A stretch of DNA of 53,957 nt, the filler included, from Porpidia crustulata (lineage: Eukaryota): assembly GCA_964255105.1 (NCBI GenBank). It is 3 parts of 3 records of this genome, joined end to end, with 100 filler letters (N's around TTAATTAATTAA, not from the genome) between each part and the next. Parts side by side here need not be neighbours in the genome. Positions count along the whole stretch, not along the records: positions 1 to 17,940 come from CAXUWE010000198.1; 2 more parts are not named here. One strand, written 5' to 3'. The translations under genes were made by a program, and so were the position numbers. The notes under the pieces were generated by a model. The model did not search any database. It was not told the origin of the DNA and worked only from the letters and a program-made list of their open reading frames with translations. The stretch's first letter is position 1. Every line of letters begins with the position of its first letter. This document shows positions 1 through 16,405 of the stretch, one piece after another.

Positions 1-10
1 CCCTTCCCCA

Positions 11-3000
11 TTATTCACCCTCCAACCCCATCTCCACCTTCCTCAGAGTGGCCTTTACTGCTGGGGATCTCTCTCTTAACATCGCCTCTTTGAATTCGTG
101 AGTAAGCACGTCCCGGAACCGACCCCCCTTGGCCTGACGCAGTGGTACCATTGCCACAGCTACCTCGGCGGCCTTAATACGGGTTTGCTCCACGGCGTCT
201 GCTGACGAGCGGAATAGCGAGTGTACAAAACCAACTAGAACATCTCCAACCGCGTCCACTTGGCCCAATGAGTGTAATTTGGTAAAGAGGGATTTCTCGG
301 CGTCGAAGATGGCGTTGAGTACCATTTTGCTCCCACTTTGAGAAAGGACTTTCTCTACGATCTTGAGTGTTTGGGTGAGATGGGCCACGAGGTTGGTCGT
401 CGACCCTGGGTGAACACTTTTCACAATAGCCGACATGGCGTTCGCAAGGATTTCTTCCATGACGGCTTTCGAGCTCGGACCAACGCCAGACGGTTCATCG
501 AGATCCATGTCATCCGCTTCGCCCAGCCCAGCTTCGATCATTGGTTCCGTAATCTCAAATACTTGGGAGTATAGGTCGACAGAACCGCGCAGCTCGACGA
601 AGTCTGCAAGGCATGCCAAGGCATGGGGGCGGTATCTGGGGTTATTACGTTTAGCTTCGCGGAGAATTATCTTCTGCATCTGAGATGCTATCACTTCATC
701 TGTTGCTAGGAAGTGGCTGTATTCTATAAACCTTATGAAGGACTTGAGAATCTTTTCTTTGCCATCCCAGGTCTTGCTTGCTAAGGCTTTCTCAAGCGTT
801 GGCCAGATAATTTTGGCATTCGTCTCACTGATTTCTGAGCCGGAGGAAGTAACGACGCTGGCAACGGCGAAGGCGGAAATGTGTTTGAGGGACCAGCGGG
901 AGGAGTCGAGGTACTTATCTGACAGGGAGATAATTTCCTTTAGATATAGCAATACTGCTCGGGACCCTCCAACGTTCTCGTTCCAGGCCTCCTGAAAAAG
1001 GACTTTGGCGCGATCGTATGGGTCGTGTTTCGCGACGAAGACGAAAGGGAGGACGTCACTCGCGAGGGCATTCAATCGATCTGTGGCACGCTTCGAAATG
1101 GCAAGTATGATATCTCCAGCGATAACTCGGTGACGTTCATCTTCGGATTCAAAGTAGAGTTTGTGGGCAAATGCAACAAGCTTGAGTATCTCTCCGTCTG
1201 ATGCCAATCTTGCAAGATAGCCGCAGGCAGTGGCAAACGACGATGACACAGTCTCATTACGGTCAAGGACCTGTTTTCGAGCAAGATTCAGGGAGTAATC
1301 TGCGTGATCTTTGAAAACGAAATTGTGCCTCGTCGCAAGAGATACAAGTACACGAGCGGCTCCTACTTTGGATGGAAGCGCCACGGCAATCTTGACTACA
1401 TTCTCCAGACTTGACAAGAGCTTTTTCATCGTATTTCCGTCCAGGGCATCCAAGCACCTTTCAATAGCCTCCATCACAGGCGAAGACCTGACAGCATTTA
1501 GGCGAACATCGTCAAGTTCCTGGGTGGTCATCCCGTATTGTTCAGCATTGAGACGAAGGTACTCAATCTGCTCCGGCTCTAGTGCACCCAGAAGCTCAAC
1601 CAAGCGCCCTACAATCTCCGGTATGTAAGGCTGTATCATTTTACTAGTGCTACTTTTGATTATCTGCAACAACGCTGTCAGGGCGAAGAGCCGGACTTCT
1701 GCGGCGCTGGATTCTATTCCGGAGGGGCTGAGAAGGAAGGGAATTACGTTCTTTAACATGGCGTCTGCACCTGTGGATGAGGAGTCTCCCATTTCGAGCT
1801 TGCGCGTCAATGTGCCCGTTAAGACTCTTGCTAGCTCCATAGCTGCTTTACGGACGGATTCTTTGATATCATCACAAACCTTCGCAAGTAATCAGTATGT
1901 GAGAAATATATGCGAGTAGAGAACACAGTACCATAAACGTGAGTGTCCAGACCTCACCAAGGTACTTCTCGTACTTTTCCACAGGTCGACCTTGCACTAA
2001 GTCCGCAATAGCAGCGCAGCTGGCTTGTCGGACACGCCATTCCCGGCCAAGGATGTTCTTTATTAAGTCTTTCATAATGGTATCAAAATTTTGATCAATG
2101 ACAGTCGAGGGGTCCTTTACCAGAGCTGCCCAGATATCATTCATTGAGCTCCTTACATTAGTATTTGGGTCAAATCGATATCGAAATAAAGCTGGATATA
2201 GCTTTGGATTTTCTGCTAGATAGCCATCAACGCTTGAATCAGATAGTATGTTACTTAAGCCAAAACGTCCGAAAGCAGCGCGGCTTGACCAAATGGCGTT
2301 GTTGGAAGCGAGAGACATGAATCGATACACGAGACTAGGATCGCCGACTTCAGATGCCAGGCTCATGATGTCTTTATAGGTAGTGATAGATCCTTCTCCT
2401 GTCGGTAATGCTCCTGGATCGAATAATTCTGTATCGTCGGAGACATTGCCGGCTGTACCTACGCTTGTACCTGTGAAAGATCCCACGAGGTCCCGTATCA
2501 GGTCGTCCTTGAGAGCCCGGTCTCCCTTTTCGTAGACAAGTGTCAAGCCGCGAGATGCAGATTCCTGGTTCAGGGAGTCACGATCCGCTAGAAAGCCTTT
2601 GAAGGCAACCTGACATCTTCGTAGCCGGCTTCGTACTTCTTCGAGGTGCCCGCAGTACTGCACGAGACAAAGGAGCCATATCACGACGGCTTGTCTGAGA
2701 GCTGGTTTTGACTTCTGACAATCTGCTAATACCTTATCGAGTATTATTGATAGAGTTTCCTCTCTCTCTGGCGTCCGAGGCGGTGTGCCCTCGAAATCTA
2801 GAGCGGCTACTAAAGATTTCGACCGCCAGCCAACAGCAGCACAGCTCAAAGCAGCACCGACCGCAAATTGGATGGGTGCTTCTCGAACTTCGTGTAGCTC
2901 AAAGAGTGTTTCAATGACTTTAGGTAAGATAGAACTACCAGCTTCGTCTTCATGACATTGTATTGCGAAATAGCCCAAAGCTATAATAGCCTTTTCATTG

Positions 3001-5998
3001 CCACCTCTGGCACTCTCTCTGAGCTTCTGTAGCATCAAGGCAGCGGTATGCGGGGAGGGAATAGTCTTAGGCGTGAGAGCGCCAAAAAGGCTCAATTCGG
3101 CGATCGCAACCATGGCACCATCAAGCAGGAGCTTGTCCCGGCTACCCTCTAAAATGTCCAAGATAGAGGTGACAAAAGTAGATGCTATTTCATTGTAATT
3201 AGGGAAATCCTTGACACGACATGATACTCTACTCAGTAGATAGGCGATTGAAAGGATACCGCCGTGCGTTTGAAAGACTTCGGTCCCAACAGCTTGCCGC
3301 CAAGAGTCTATTTTCTGACCAAAGACTTTTAACATTGTTTGAGCTTTTTCGTAAGGGCAATTTTCATGCGACGCTAGAAGACCGAAAACATGAGACGATG
3401 TCTCTCTCAGTTCTTGCCGATTTGATAAGATGGGATTTCGTAAAGATGAGATCTTGCTTGCGAGCCCGCCTATGGATAAATCAGGGAGTAGAGCGCAAAG
3501 CTCCAAGACACTTTCATGAGATGTACTCAGGTCTTCAATAGTAGGATCCACAACACTGCTGAACGCAGCATCGAGAAGGATCTCAACGGATGTTTGAGAA
3601 CGAAGGTCGTCATTGACCACATCCTGGAGGCATTTCCTTACTTGAGTACGTACATTCTCGTCATTTGCGATGAGAGCATCAATGTTGCGCGCCCATTGTG
3701 CATCAACAACAGGGGCCGCGCCGATAGATCTCAAAGCTCCATCCAGCAATATCTTACGACAGAATAGGATTGCCGGATCGAATGCACGGTGTAGTTGGCG
3801 GCGAGCGCCTCCCAGCCTGTCCAACTCCCAGCTAGGATGTAGCCCAAACAGTTGTTCAACGAGATCGTTGAATTTCGGGAACCCGTATCCCTTGTCCTCA
3901 AGTTTTTCACCACTCGCAGAAAACATGTCAGTTTTGGGCGGATGTAATGTCCTATACCAGTGCGGATCCAGACCTTTGCGGCCCTCTTCGATGACCTCGT
4001 GCCGTTCATTAGCGGTACCACCCATTGCTAGCAAATCTATTCTTCGGGCTGTTACGTTGTTGTAGGGAAGACATCGATTGGCAAAGCGTACAGCCATGAA
4101 TCGTGTGCTTCTCACAATTGTAAATCCGGACTCGTCTGATCCACCTATTTCCAAGGTCATGTGGTAGTAAAATATGATTGTCAGTGATTTCTCGAGATCT
4201 TCATCAATCTCGCTACCAAAAGCTCCCAGTACGCTGCTCAAGGCTTGTTCAATGCTGTAGATTACATCTTTGCCCGATGAATCTGTGCTAAGTGATCTTA
4301 ACAGCCACCGAAGCAGGTCGAGATCTTTGCCAATGAGGAGTTTATCAAGATATGCTGCTACCAACAGGCCAATGCTCTCGTAAGCATAGCTTCGCGAGCC
4401 CAACTCAACTGCACTAGGACGAGAGTCTTCACTGAGAAATACTGGCCAACCCTGACCCTCAATATAAGCTCGAAGCTGGGACACCAAGACTGGTGCAAAG
4501 GCACCGATGTCATCTTTGGAACTCATGCGCGCAAGCCAATTTGTGAATGCAAAAATCTGTGATCGGAGTTTAGAGGCTTCGCGGCCTTGCTTGGGGATAC
4601 CAGAAGTTCCGTTTTGGATAGGCGCCTCTGAGGAAACAAGTCCTTCTCTGATGATCTGGATGCTTTCTGAAATAAAAGAAGAGCATTGCTTTGATCTGCA
4701 AAGAAAGGAAAGAATTTTGAGTTGAAGTGGTACCCGTGCTGGAAGGGAGCCTTCAGCGCCTCGAGTTCCCAGGTATACATTAAACAACTCCTTTATGAGA
4801 ACAGGGTCCTCGAACGAAACAGCGGATGTAGCTCGTTTCAAGATGTCGTCCGCAATGTCCGACAGGCGTGAATTTGGCTCGGCGCTCGCGAAGAGCGCAG
4901 GCAGGAAGCGCTCTGAATCAAGGAATGCTCCACTGGCGAGGAATTTGGCTGCTGAAACCTTTGTCTCCGTAAGATTCATGCCACCACCAGTGCTCGGATC
5001 CCACGTGTCCTTTCTGCCATGAAGCTGTAAGAAGCTAAATTCCCGAGTGCTCAGCCCTGAGCAGCGTTTTGCATCTGTTAAGTTGATGTTGAATAAGAAA
5101 AGCTTACCCAGCCATGTAGACACAAACTCAGCATTCTTTAGGTCTTCGCTGAAGCCTAAGCTGGCTCTCAGTTGCGCGTCATCTTCGCTTCCCCTCGCAG
5201 GTAATTCTAATTTATGAAGCAGCTTTAGAAGCAAGTTGAACACAGTGGCTGCACGTGCTGCGGATTCTTGCGCGTCTACACGAAGACCAGCTAGTAGAGT
5301 AGGGAGCAATTCCAGGCGATCCTTTACATCTTATGATGAGTTAATGTCTCATGAAATTTAGAGGATCTTAGATTACCTTTATTGGCAGCCTATCTACCCC
5401 TTGTTGGACATAGAGTAAGTCGAAGTGGCGGATCAAGGAATGATGATTATCCTTATATTGTTTCAAAAGCGCAGCTACGGGAAGCTTTATCGATCTAGGA
5501 AGTAATGTTTAGCAACATCCAAGTACAGAACATGACTGAATTCTTCGACTGAGACCACCGATATCAAATTTTGACAAATTTTGACAAAAGTCATATGCGA
5601 CTGAGCAAACGAAGCAGCGCGATGTCTAGACGAAAGCAATGCGCATACCGCGGCTTGACTCTTGTATTGATATGCTGACAGATAGAGATGACCTAGGAAC
5701 ATGGACGTAATCAGCCAAGCTCTAGACCGAGATTTTGGCGTCAGGAATTGTAAGGAGATGTAATTTTTCCAAAGACAAACATGTGCCGATACAAAATCCA
5801 ATCGCATATTGAGAAATTCACCTTGTTCCGAACACTTTCAAAATCTGAAGCCAGCTTCAACAGCAGCGGCGGTAGATACGTCTTCAACATCGACTCCAGT
5901 TTCGCATCCGACTCGGCCAGCGCAATACGTAGCTCAACCTTGCCCACCAGAGACAACTCCCTTGCCTCCGGCGTCTCGCTCGACGTTGTTGTAGACAT
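11..5998 (-). CDS. ECM29: Proteasome adaptor/scaffold Ecm29 (HEAT-repeat protein), multi-exon
   Basis: N-terminus 'RELSLVGKVELRIALAESDAKLESMLKTYLPPLLLKL'; small exons 'VISICQHINTRVK' (~5692-5649) and 'IKLPVAALLKQY...IRHFDLLYVQQG'; Ecm29 motifs 'STYKD-like TTYKDIMSLASEVGDPSLVYRFMSLA', 'LYPALFRYRFDPN', 'EWRVRQASCAAIADL'. ORFs 1872-5309 and 11-1840 are joined by a GT-AG intron near 1880-1931. Confidence 0.93.
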
Positions 5999-6633
5999 CC
6001 TGTAGGGTTCGGTCCAGAGATATCATAATCTTGTCATGGTAGCCTATTGTGAAAGGGAGAGTGGGGGTATCGCAGATTTCATTTTTCAATTTTGATCATT
6101 CCTTAGGCAGGCACTGCTGGCGTAAGGTATACTGATGACAAGATGGCGGATTGATGCAGAGTGATTGGTGATATATCGCCGTTACTATAAGTCTATACCT
6201 CTAATGGACTAGCTTCGTCCATCCTTGAGGACTCCCTAAGCCTCTTCAGACAGAAAATCCTAGAAAAGCTGCTTTATGTTGCAGATGTGACCGACTGGGC
6301 TCATCAAACTTTCCCTTCAATCGTACCTGTTGACGACATATTCATTATAGCTAGCTACCTGATTTCCCTTTTTTCTACAATTTTTACATCAGCCGCTCCA
6401 TATCGCTTTTTCTCTTCGATTATTTTGTCTTTCCATGCGACTGTACAACGCTAGATGGATCTGCAAATCGCCGCCTTCGACGTCTTGCTTCGAGGAGCAT
6501 TCAGACGTGCTGTGTCGCAAACCATGCACAGCCTCCCAAAAGGTCTTCTGCCTCTGCCGCGGCCGCAATACCCGAGCGCCACCCCACCGGCTCCAGAGTA
6601 CCCAACATCAGACCACACCGCCCCCTCACCCAC

Positions 6634-8981
<2,348 letters not shown>

Positions 8982-9927
8982 GCTGTGAACACTCTTCTGG
9001 CTGTAAAACTAGGCAGCCAAGTCCTCGCCTGATAAGGCTATAATTATATTGAGGAGACAAGGTAGAGAAGAAGTGTGAGGCGTAAGGTTAGTCTGCCCAA
9101 ACCGAAGGCCCTGATACGTTGGATCTCGCAAATTGTGGCCCCAATCAATTATTTTGCTGTAAAACTCGATTATTGATCTATAGATAGCAGTCGAATCGTA
9201 CAGAGCGAAGATAGGGCATAGTATTGACTATCGCAAATAGTTGTATAGTGAGTAAGTAGGTCATCGATAGCGGTATTGCTCTCTCCCATTCTCATTCCCT
9301 GGAAGTATTGAGTAGGTGGTGGGTGGGTAGGGGGTACTTCGAGGCTGCCGTGTACTCTAAACCAAGATAGACAGACACACAGATAGACACAGCCCGGGCC
9401 GATCCCCCGAGGTCACTCAAGGAGTCTAGTATACTTTAGCCCTAATTGAATCTAAGCGAAAAGCACGGTCCAGCCCTCAATTAATTAGTAGTCACGCACC
9501 ACGGTAGTGTACCGAGTGTGCAGGTGTGTAGGTCTTGTTACGGTCTACTGGGTACCCACGATGCTCAACGTTCGTGCATTTTGGGGGCTCATCTGAAACG
9601 CATGCACAAGATGAAACGAAAGGGGCAAAAGGAAGATTCTACTGCATAGAAGTATGTCGGCAACTTTGTCTACCTCCCTAGATGCCACGTGCGACTTCCT
9701 CACCTGATGCCCCTTTCTTGCATTACGCTTCCACATTAGTATACATATTGAGCACAGCCCCAGGCCGTTGGGCCTGCTCCCAACTCTACCATAGGCCATT
9801 TGCCACCTATGCAACGGACCGTTATTGAAACGCCAACATCGCAATCATGAGACGAAACACACCATATCTCCACATATCGTACACTCTTCATATCGTACAG
9901 GACGTCCTTTCATCAAATCACTACTCT

Positions 9928-12605
9928 TCACAGGCGGCAACTGACCACCTGCAAGCCTCGATCGCGAACGAACTGGATCCAATCTACGTCCAAAGCATAG
10001 CCCACCCGGATGTAGCCTTCTTTCTGCTTCTCGTAGACCGCGTTCAGGAGCTGCTTGGTGGCCCCCATGTTCCTGCCGATGCTGTCTTGCTCCATGATGC
10101 CCAAGAACTCAAGAGCTTGCTCCCGGTCTGCAGCAGAAGTAGCCGCGATGCCAGCCATGAACAACGGGAAGACGATGTATTTGCGCTCTAGATGACCGTT
10201 GCTGATGATCTCGCGAGCGAGTTCGATGATTTCTCGTACATATTGAGAAACCTCGGGGATATCTCCCGCACCGGTTTCGAGCTGTTGACTTGCCCACATA
10301 CTCGTGTGAGAATAGATGATGCATGCTCGATATAAAACGTAAGACTAGGTATCAGATGAGCCTTTGGCGTTATGTTTCAATTGGGGACCTTGGGATCTCA
10401 AATGGCAGAAATTCTCCACTTACATGTTCAAAAACACCACGAGACTGTACGGGTACGTGGCGGTTACAGTAGCCCAAGGCTTCAGACACCGACACTTGTG
10501 CATGCCATGTACGCCTCAACAAGTCCTGTAACTCGGCCACACGTTGTTGCCTTCGCATGAGCTCTGCCGCGGAGCCGAATGCATTTGGCTGCCGTCTATT
10601 TTCCTGCCGTAGATCCCGTGCTAGTAATCCAAGACGTGCGGCCAGAAGTGCAATCGATCGATGGTGTTCGAGCTCGGACTGTGCTGCATGAGTGTCATAA
10701 GAGACGATTCCATTAGAACCTGCTGAGGTCGATTGGTTTTCGTCAATCCTCGCGTCGATGAGACCATTGTTGATCATGGCCTCAACAAATTCCCCGCTAC
10801 CGCTACCGCTAAGTACCGCATGTGTGTCGATGTGGAAAACCCACCAAGTTACGGACTCAAATGTGTCAACACCAAGGGCCTCGTGCCTCAGAGTGATAAT
10901 TCGGAGGAGCTGACTTATGTGCTGCGACCACAAGTTGGAGTCCCCGGGCTCTGCTGCTGCAATCTGCTGGAGCTATTAGCAAGACACTGAGTGCCTTGTC
11001 ATAGAAGGTACGCACCTCGTAAAGGAGTAGAGTGAAGTGAGTCAGTAAGGTTCCGTCAGACGATAGATCTGCTGGACTCTGAAGGCTATACTGTAGTGAT
11101 GGAAGCGCCTGTTGATAATGCTGTAGTGCATCAAGGTTTTGGACCCCCGTTGAATGGGCCATACTTAACGCGGAAAATGCCATCATGGCATGATAGAGCT
11201 GGCAGGTTACAAGTGTTAGTAAACGATGAGCTAGTATGAATTGCCTTGTGATGCTGATGAAACAGGGCGGCTAGGATGAGATAAGAAATCTTCGTGGGAC
11301 TTGTAATATTTGCGAAAAGTACACATACAGGAGGGAATCGAACAGCCTCGGTTTCTAAGACGTCTTGTACCGATCGTCTGCCCGTCTTTTGGGGACTGCC
11401 TAGGGAGTCGTTTTGTACTTGGCCGAAATGACGGCATACAAAGTTTCGGTAGTAAGATACTAGCCGCGCATCTTTCCCGTCGAGATTCGCAATATCTATT
11501 GCTTGTGGGCTATGACTCGGAGACTGCGTACGTTGACTGATGGCCCCAGAAGAGATGACCGGCGACGGCGTCATCCTGTGGGTCCGAGAATGAGCACTTA
11601 CAGAGCCGGACGCTGGGGTTCGCCTTGGATTGTCCTCGAATTCGTCTAAGATCAGTATGTCGGGATCTGAGGAAATGTCTGCGCTAGACTTCCTACTTCC
11701 AAAGCTATGGGCACGCTGATGGTCTGCTAGAATGTCATCCAACGTCGTTACTCTGTTATTTAATCCCATATCCTTGTCGCCTCTGTACTCCTTAAGGTTT
11801 GAAAAACTCTCGAGTGTAGCAACAACGTTGTAAGTTCCTGGTGCTCGATGTTCTGCCTTCCTCTCCCGGTCCTCGTCATTGGTGAGAAGAGCAAACGGTA
11901 AGAGTAAGTCATCAGCTGCCCGAGATATGTGGCTGAACCTAAAGGCAGATTTGGAAGAATCTGGACAATCAGTACTCCTCACTTCATACGCATATATATC
12001 AACTTACGATCCCACGCGGAGTCGATGTTGCCGCCAGTATTCTTCCTGCCTTGCATTTTCTCGACCACACGAGGGGTCTCATCTTTGAACGAGAGACGAG
12101 GACTGTAGTCGCAGGGATGCCCCAATCGACTGCAAGGCTAGATAAAAAATCCAATAATTAGCATATCCTTTTCTCGATATTGCAAATGAAGAAGATAGAT
12201 GACTTACGGTGCATTTGGGCCTAGCCTCATCGCATCTACATGATAATAGATGAGCGGCAGTCTACCATTTACAGAGGGAGAAGGATAGACCGACTTGACC
12301 TTGCGCATCTAAATCATGTTAGCAAACACATCTCGAGGTGCTCCAAGGCGAGAAAAGCTAACCCTACACGTCCTAAGAACAAATCCAAATTAGCCCCGAG
12401 TTCAAAGCATACCGATCAGAGATACGCACCAACACCCAAAACGAGACCTTGGCGGCAGACGCTGGTGAGCAACGTTGGTCTCATTTTGTCTACTATTCTG
12501 GCTGTTGGGACTAGAATCCCGCGTCAACGGCTGCTCGAGCCTTGGTGCTATGGTCGGCAAACGCTCTCTTGGCTGCCATGACAACTGATCTTGGTTGCGG
12601 TGCAT
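9928..12605 (-). CDS. Zn(II)2Cys6 transcription factor with C-terminal fungal-specific TF domain (Fungal_trans_2-like), multi-exon
   Basis: Spliced zinc cluster '[35 protein letters not shown]'; C-terminal 'ALQHYQQALPSLQ', 'WWVFHIDTHAVLSG', 'IVFPLFMAG', 'DVDWIQF'. Confidence 0.88.
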
Positions 12606-15600
12606 CGGCGGAGAATTTTACCGTGACTGGTTGAAGATCGTTGATCCGGCGATGGTAAGTGAGATATATTCGGGAAAAGTTTACCGACGGGATGTTGGGT
12701 GAACAAACAGGGTATATGTACTGGTTCCCGCGTCGTTGAGAAGTTGCAATGAAATGGTCCAAAGTTCATGAAATGCCGATGAGGAGCCTTATAAACAACA
12801 CAGTTCGATTGACAGTGGAGATGAAAAGCCATATACTCTTGGACAAGCTCCTATCACTCAGGCTATGAGAAGATTTGAAACGCTCTAGTTTTCATGTAGC
12901 ATATTGCTCGAAAGCAAAGCTTTTGCACGATGGTCGGATCAACACGATGAGACGACAGGGTAATGCATCGAAGAGGCGCAGACAACTGTGGATAGCAGTC
13001 CCTATGATGTGCGAATTATGACAGAAGCGAGAATCTGATATGCCCATGTGGCATGTGGACGCCGGCATGGAAAGCGAACCGGGGGGCGTTGGACTTAGGA
13101 TGCATTCATGAGTGGTAGCGAGTTCCCAACGTGCGCATTGGTAGCCTGTATAGTGCAGACAAGCCGGGAGGCAGCCGTCACCGTAACACTGGGTGTCCCT
13201 GACGTTGGTAAGTCCTGACGTTGTGGTCTGTGGATTAGCCCGAACGACTGCTGCTGCAGATGCAGGATAGTTTTGCATTGGTGAATCGACGTTGCGACAT
13301 TGAAACGTCGTGGCTGTGTTAGACCCCTTATGGTTTAGATGTGAGAAATCAGGAGTCGACCGACAGATGGAGGAGGGCATTGTGTTTGGGACTGGGGACT
13401 GCGAACTTCGTTAGGGTTTGGTGGTAGGCTTGGACAATTTGCCCTAGGATGTCGTATGTAGAACCAATCAGAACCCGGAATGCTCTCGGTGGGAATTTCC
13501 TCGCCCAAAACTATAGTGGGGTGAAGAGCCATAAGGCCCAATTCGGCAAGGTGAAGATTCTCGATAGCCTTCTCATTCGATTTCTTCCAAATCGTCTCTT
13601 TGTTGTTATTGCGTATTCCTTGACATCTGATTGATAAGTTAATGATGCGCAGGACTAGGAGCTTGACGCAGTCATCACTTAGACCCTTCAAACTTCTCTG
13701 ACAAATTTCCATTGAGTCCGACAACGTCTCTTCCTATTCCCACTGCAATCAACGCTGCTCGCTCCGTTATCCTACCTGTACGTCCTGCGGCCAAGGGCTG
13801 GGAAGAAACAAGTTCTCTTCGAGTCTAGTGTCGCCCGAATATGCTGTTCATGTACGATGCAGTCCAATCGGACGGGTCCCCGCCGCATCGCCGAACAAGG
13901 CAACAGACGACTTCCCTTGTTCATCGCCTAGAATGTCATAGTTCTTCTATCCTGCACTTCTGTATTTTTGGTAGCAATATAGAATCATCGCAGTCTATGC
14001 GAGTTGCGACCCCCTTCATACCTTTAAGTGCAGACGGCGCTGCCATGGGGGTTCCAATTCACATCATGTTGTCCTGAACTGCCTGAGTGTCTGACGCAGC
14101 TGAACTCGGGATGATTTGCTGAACTCCATCCTTCCAACGTCAACATTGTCTCATCAACAAACCCCATTCAGAGCTGTGGACTGCACACAGATCTCATTAC
14201 GCGTTCACAGTCGTGGATGACTGTACCACCCTCAGCGATTGCTACAGCCTACAGCATCAAAGGCACACCCACGTCTTGTGGCTATCGTGTCTTATAGCCA
14301 TTCGTCGACTCCCTCCTCGATCCCATAATATTCAACTTCATTGATGCGTCATAGCCTGTGGGAGAGCGACACAAGCGACATAAGAGGTATAGCAGGCGAG
14401 AGCCGCCTTTGACCGCTACGAGCAACAAATTTGCTGTGCAAACTACAACGGTGGGTACGAGTAGAAGCTTGGCATCTTTACCGATGGCCCCAGCAAGTCA
14501 AGAGAGAGTACGCCGTTCATTTGGAGATACTATTCGGAGACTTTCTATATCTTGCGACGTACCTTGAGCCAATGCTGTGGGATAGAGAGATGGCTAAGGA
14601 AGGCTTCACAGCAAGGGTTATCTTCGCAACAGTGCAATTCTCTAGGAACGACACAGAGGCACACCCTGGCCATTGTCCCAACCCTTGGGCCGTTTCTCTG
14701 CTTAAGAAGCCAGTGTGCCGCTCCGTATGATTCGCCGAATGACTCCTGTGGCAACACCACAATACCCTGGACCATCATGCAGGATCCCGTTTCTATTGTC
14801 AAGCTGGCGCGCTACCTCCTCATCCCGATCGTATCCATTGGCGGCGATTGCTAGAGGGTCTCCCAGATTGAATGCTGCAGGTTGTACCCATCGTTCTTTG
14901 CTTCAGCATCGATGCAGTCGATCTCATGAGCGTACTCTTAGCTTCCACACGTTGAAGACGATCACATTGAGCATAAGAAGATCCACCATTGGAGGGATTG
15001 TCACTCTGGGATCCGAATTCGATGCAAAACAATTTACTTTATGTACTAAAGCAAGTTTCAGCCCTGATTAAGGTGTGTGTAATGAAATACTAGACCTTGG
15101 GCCCCCCACGACCCTGCGTATACCGAAACCACTGCACAAGGCGCGCAGGCTTTGTGACGATTGGTACCCATGCACCGCCCTCATCTACAGAACGATCCGT
15201 GGACAAACATTTGAATCCACGAACCAAACGGTACCCATGGGTAAAGCCACTTTAGTGCAGCCCACCACTGATAGAGTGGGAAACGTATATCAGTACAGGG
15301 CATGTTGCCTTGAGACTTTGCCCCATTGTTGGAGATTCACATTGCCCTGGGATGTGTAGAGTCATACTTTCATGTAGGCTCGAAGCGCTTTCCCCTTTTC
15401 TTCACAGTCAATTAATGTTCTACCCCACCGTCACTCTAGTAAATCAGCAGAGAGCTTGCGTAATTCCTCTATTTGACGGAGTTGGCTTATTGATTTGCTC
15501 TAGTACACAGATCTTGATTGGGGCTCGATGTATCTCAGCAAGTCTAGTGTGTAGCAAGCTTCTCGTACTGTCCTTTGTACCGTTCATGACCTCAACTTCA

Positions 15601-15746
15601 AAGATCCGACCAGCCGCCATGCTTCGAATTTGCGTTCATTCAATGAGGAAAACATGCCACTTGTGCAAGTATCTCCTCTATGTACAGTATTTGTATCCAA
15701 CAAAACAAATCCCCATCCAACACCATTTTATTTCGCCTTGCTTCCG

Positions 15747-16405
15747 CTATCTATAAGTGGTTGCAGAGGGCGATACGTCATTGTTCGTGAGGGATCCCCG
15801 AGCAATAATCACTTGCGGTCTGTCCCCAACTTCAACAACCACATCGAAATGGTATTCCTTGAGAGCCGTCATGTCTTTTTCATGCGCCAGACTAAAGCCC
15901 ATGAGAGATAAGGCCAACACGACTCGGCGATTGGTCAAGACGAAATCCCCGGTCTGATTGCCCGCCGCCGTCATACGAATCCCAACGCTAAACGCCGGAG
16001 GTACGATTCGATTTTCCACGTATGGGAAATCATATAGCGGTCTTGGGTGTTCCGGCGAGAACCCATCCTTGATGTAGGCCTCATAGAGGGCTTGCGTCAA
16101 TATTCCGGAGACTGCTTGAGCCATTATCGATACATTTCCCGGATGGAAGTCGATGCCGAATGATCCAGGCTCGTTCAGTGCGGCAAGTCCAGGCATGACC
16201 AAGCTTCTGGGTTTACTTTGCGCTCGTCAGTCTTCATCATGAGCTCTAAAGGGCCACTGCTGGGGCTCTACCCTTCCTTAAAGTATGGTTCAGGCAATTG
16301 AAGATTCCGGTGTAGATTTGATGGAGTACTCATCACGCCCAGACTCCCCCAGAGACATAGGCACCACGCAACAATGGCCCAACCTGGAATTTTAGTAAAA
16401 GACAT
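15747..16405 (-). CDS. Small putative secreted protein of unknown function (2 exons)
   Basis: ATG 16405 gives a hydrophobic leader MSFTKIPGWAIVAWCLCLWGSLGVMS. One intron with a weak GTAGAG donor (~16271-16216) joins it in frame to ORF 15747-16202. Confidence 0.55.

Noticed and set aside
5496..5821. snoRNAs in the two longer ECM29 introns (~130-150 nt)
   Set aside because: No RTGATGA box C paired with a CTGA box D on the sense strand; only a 10-bp local duplication (aaattttgac x2). H/ACA RNAs cannot be excluded by eye.
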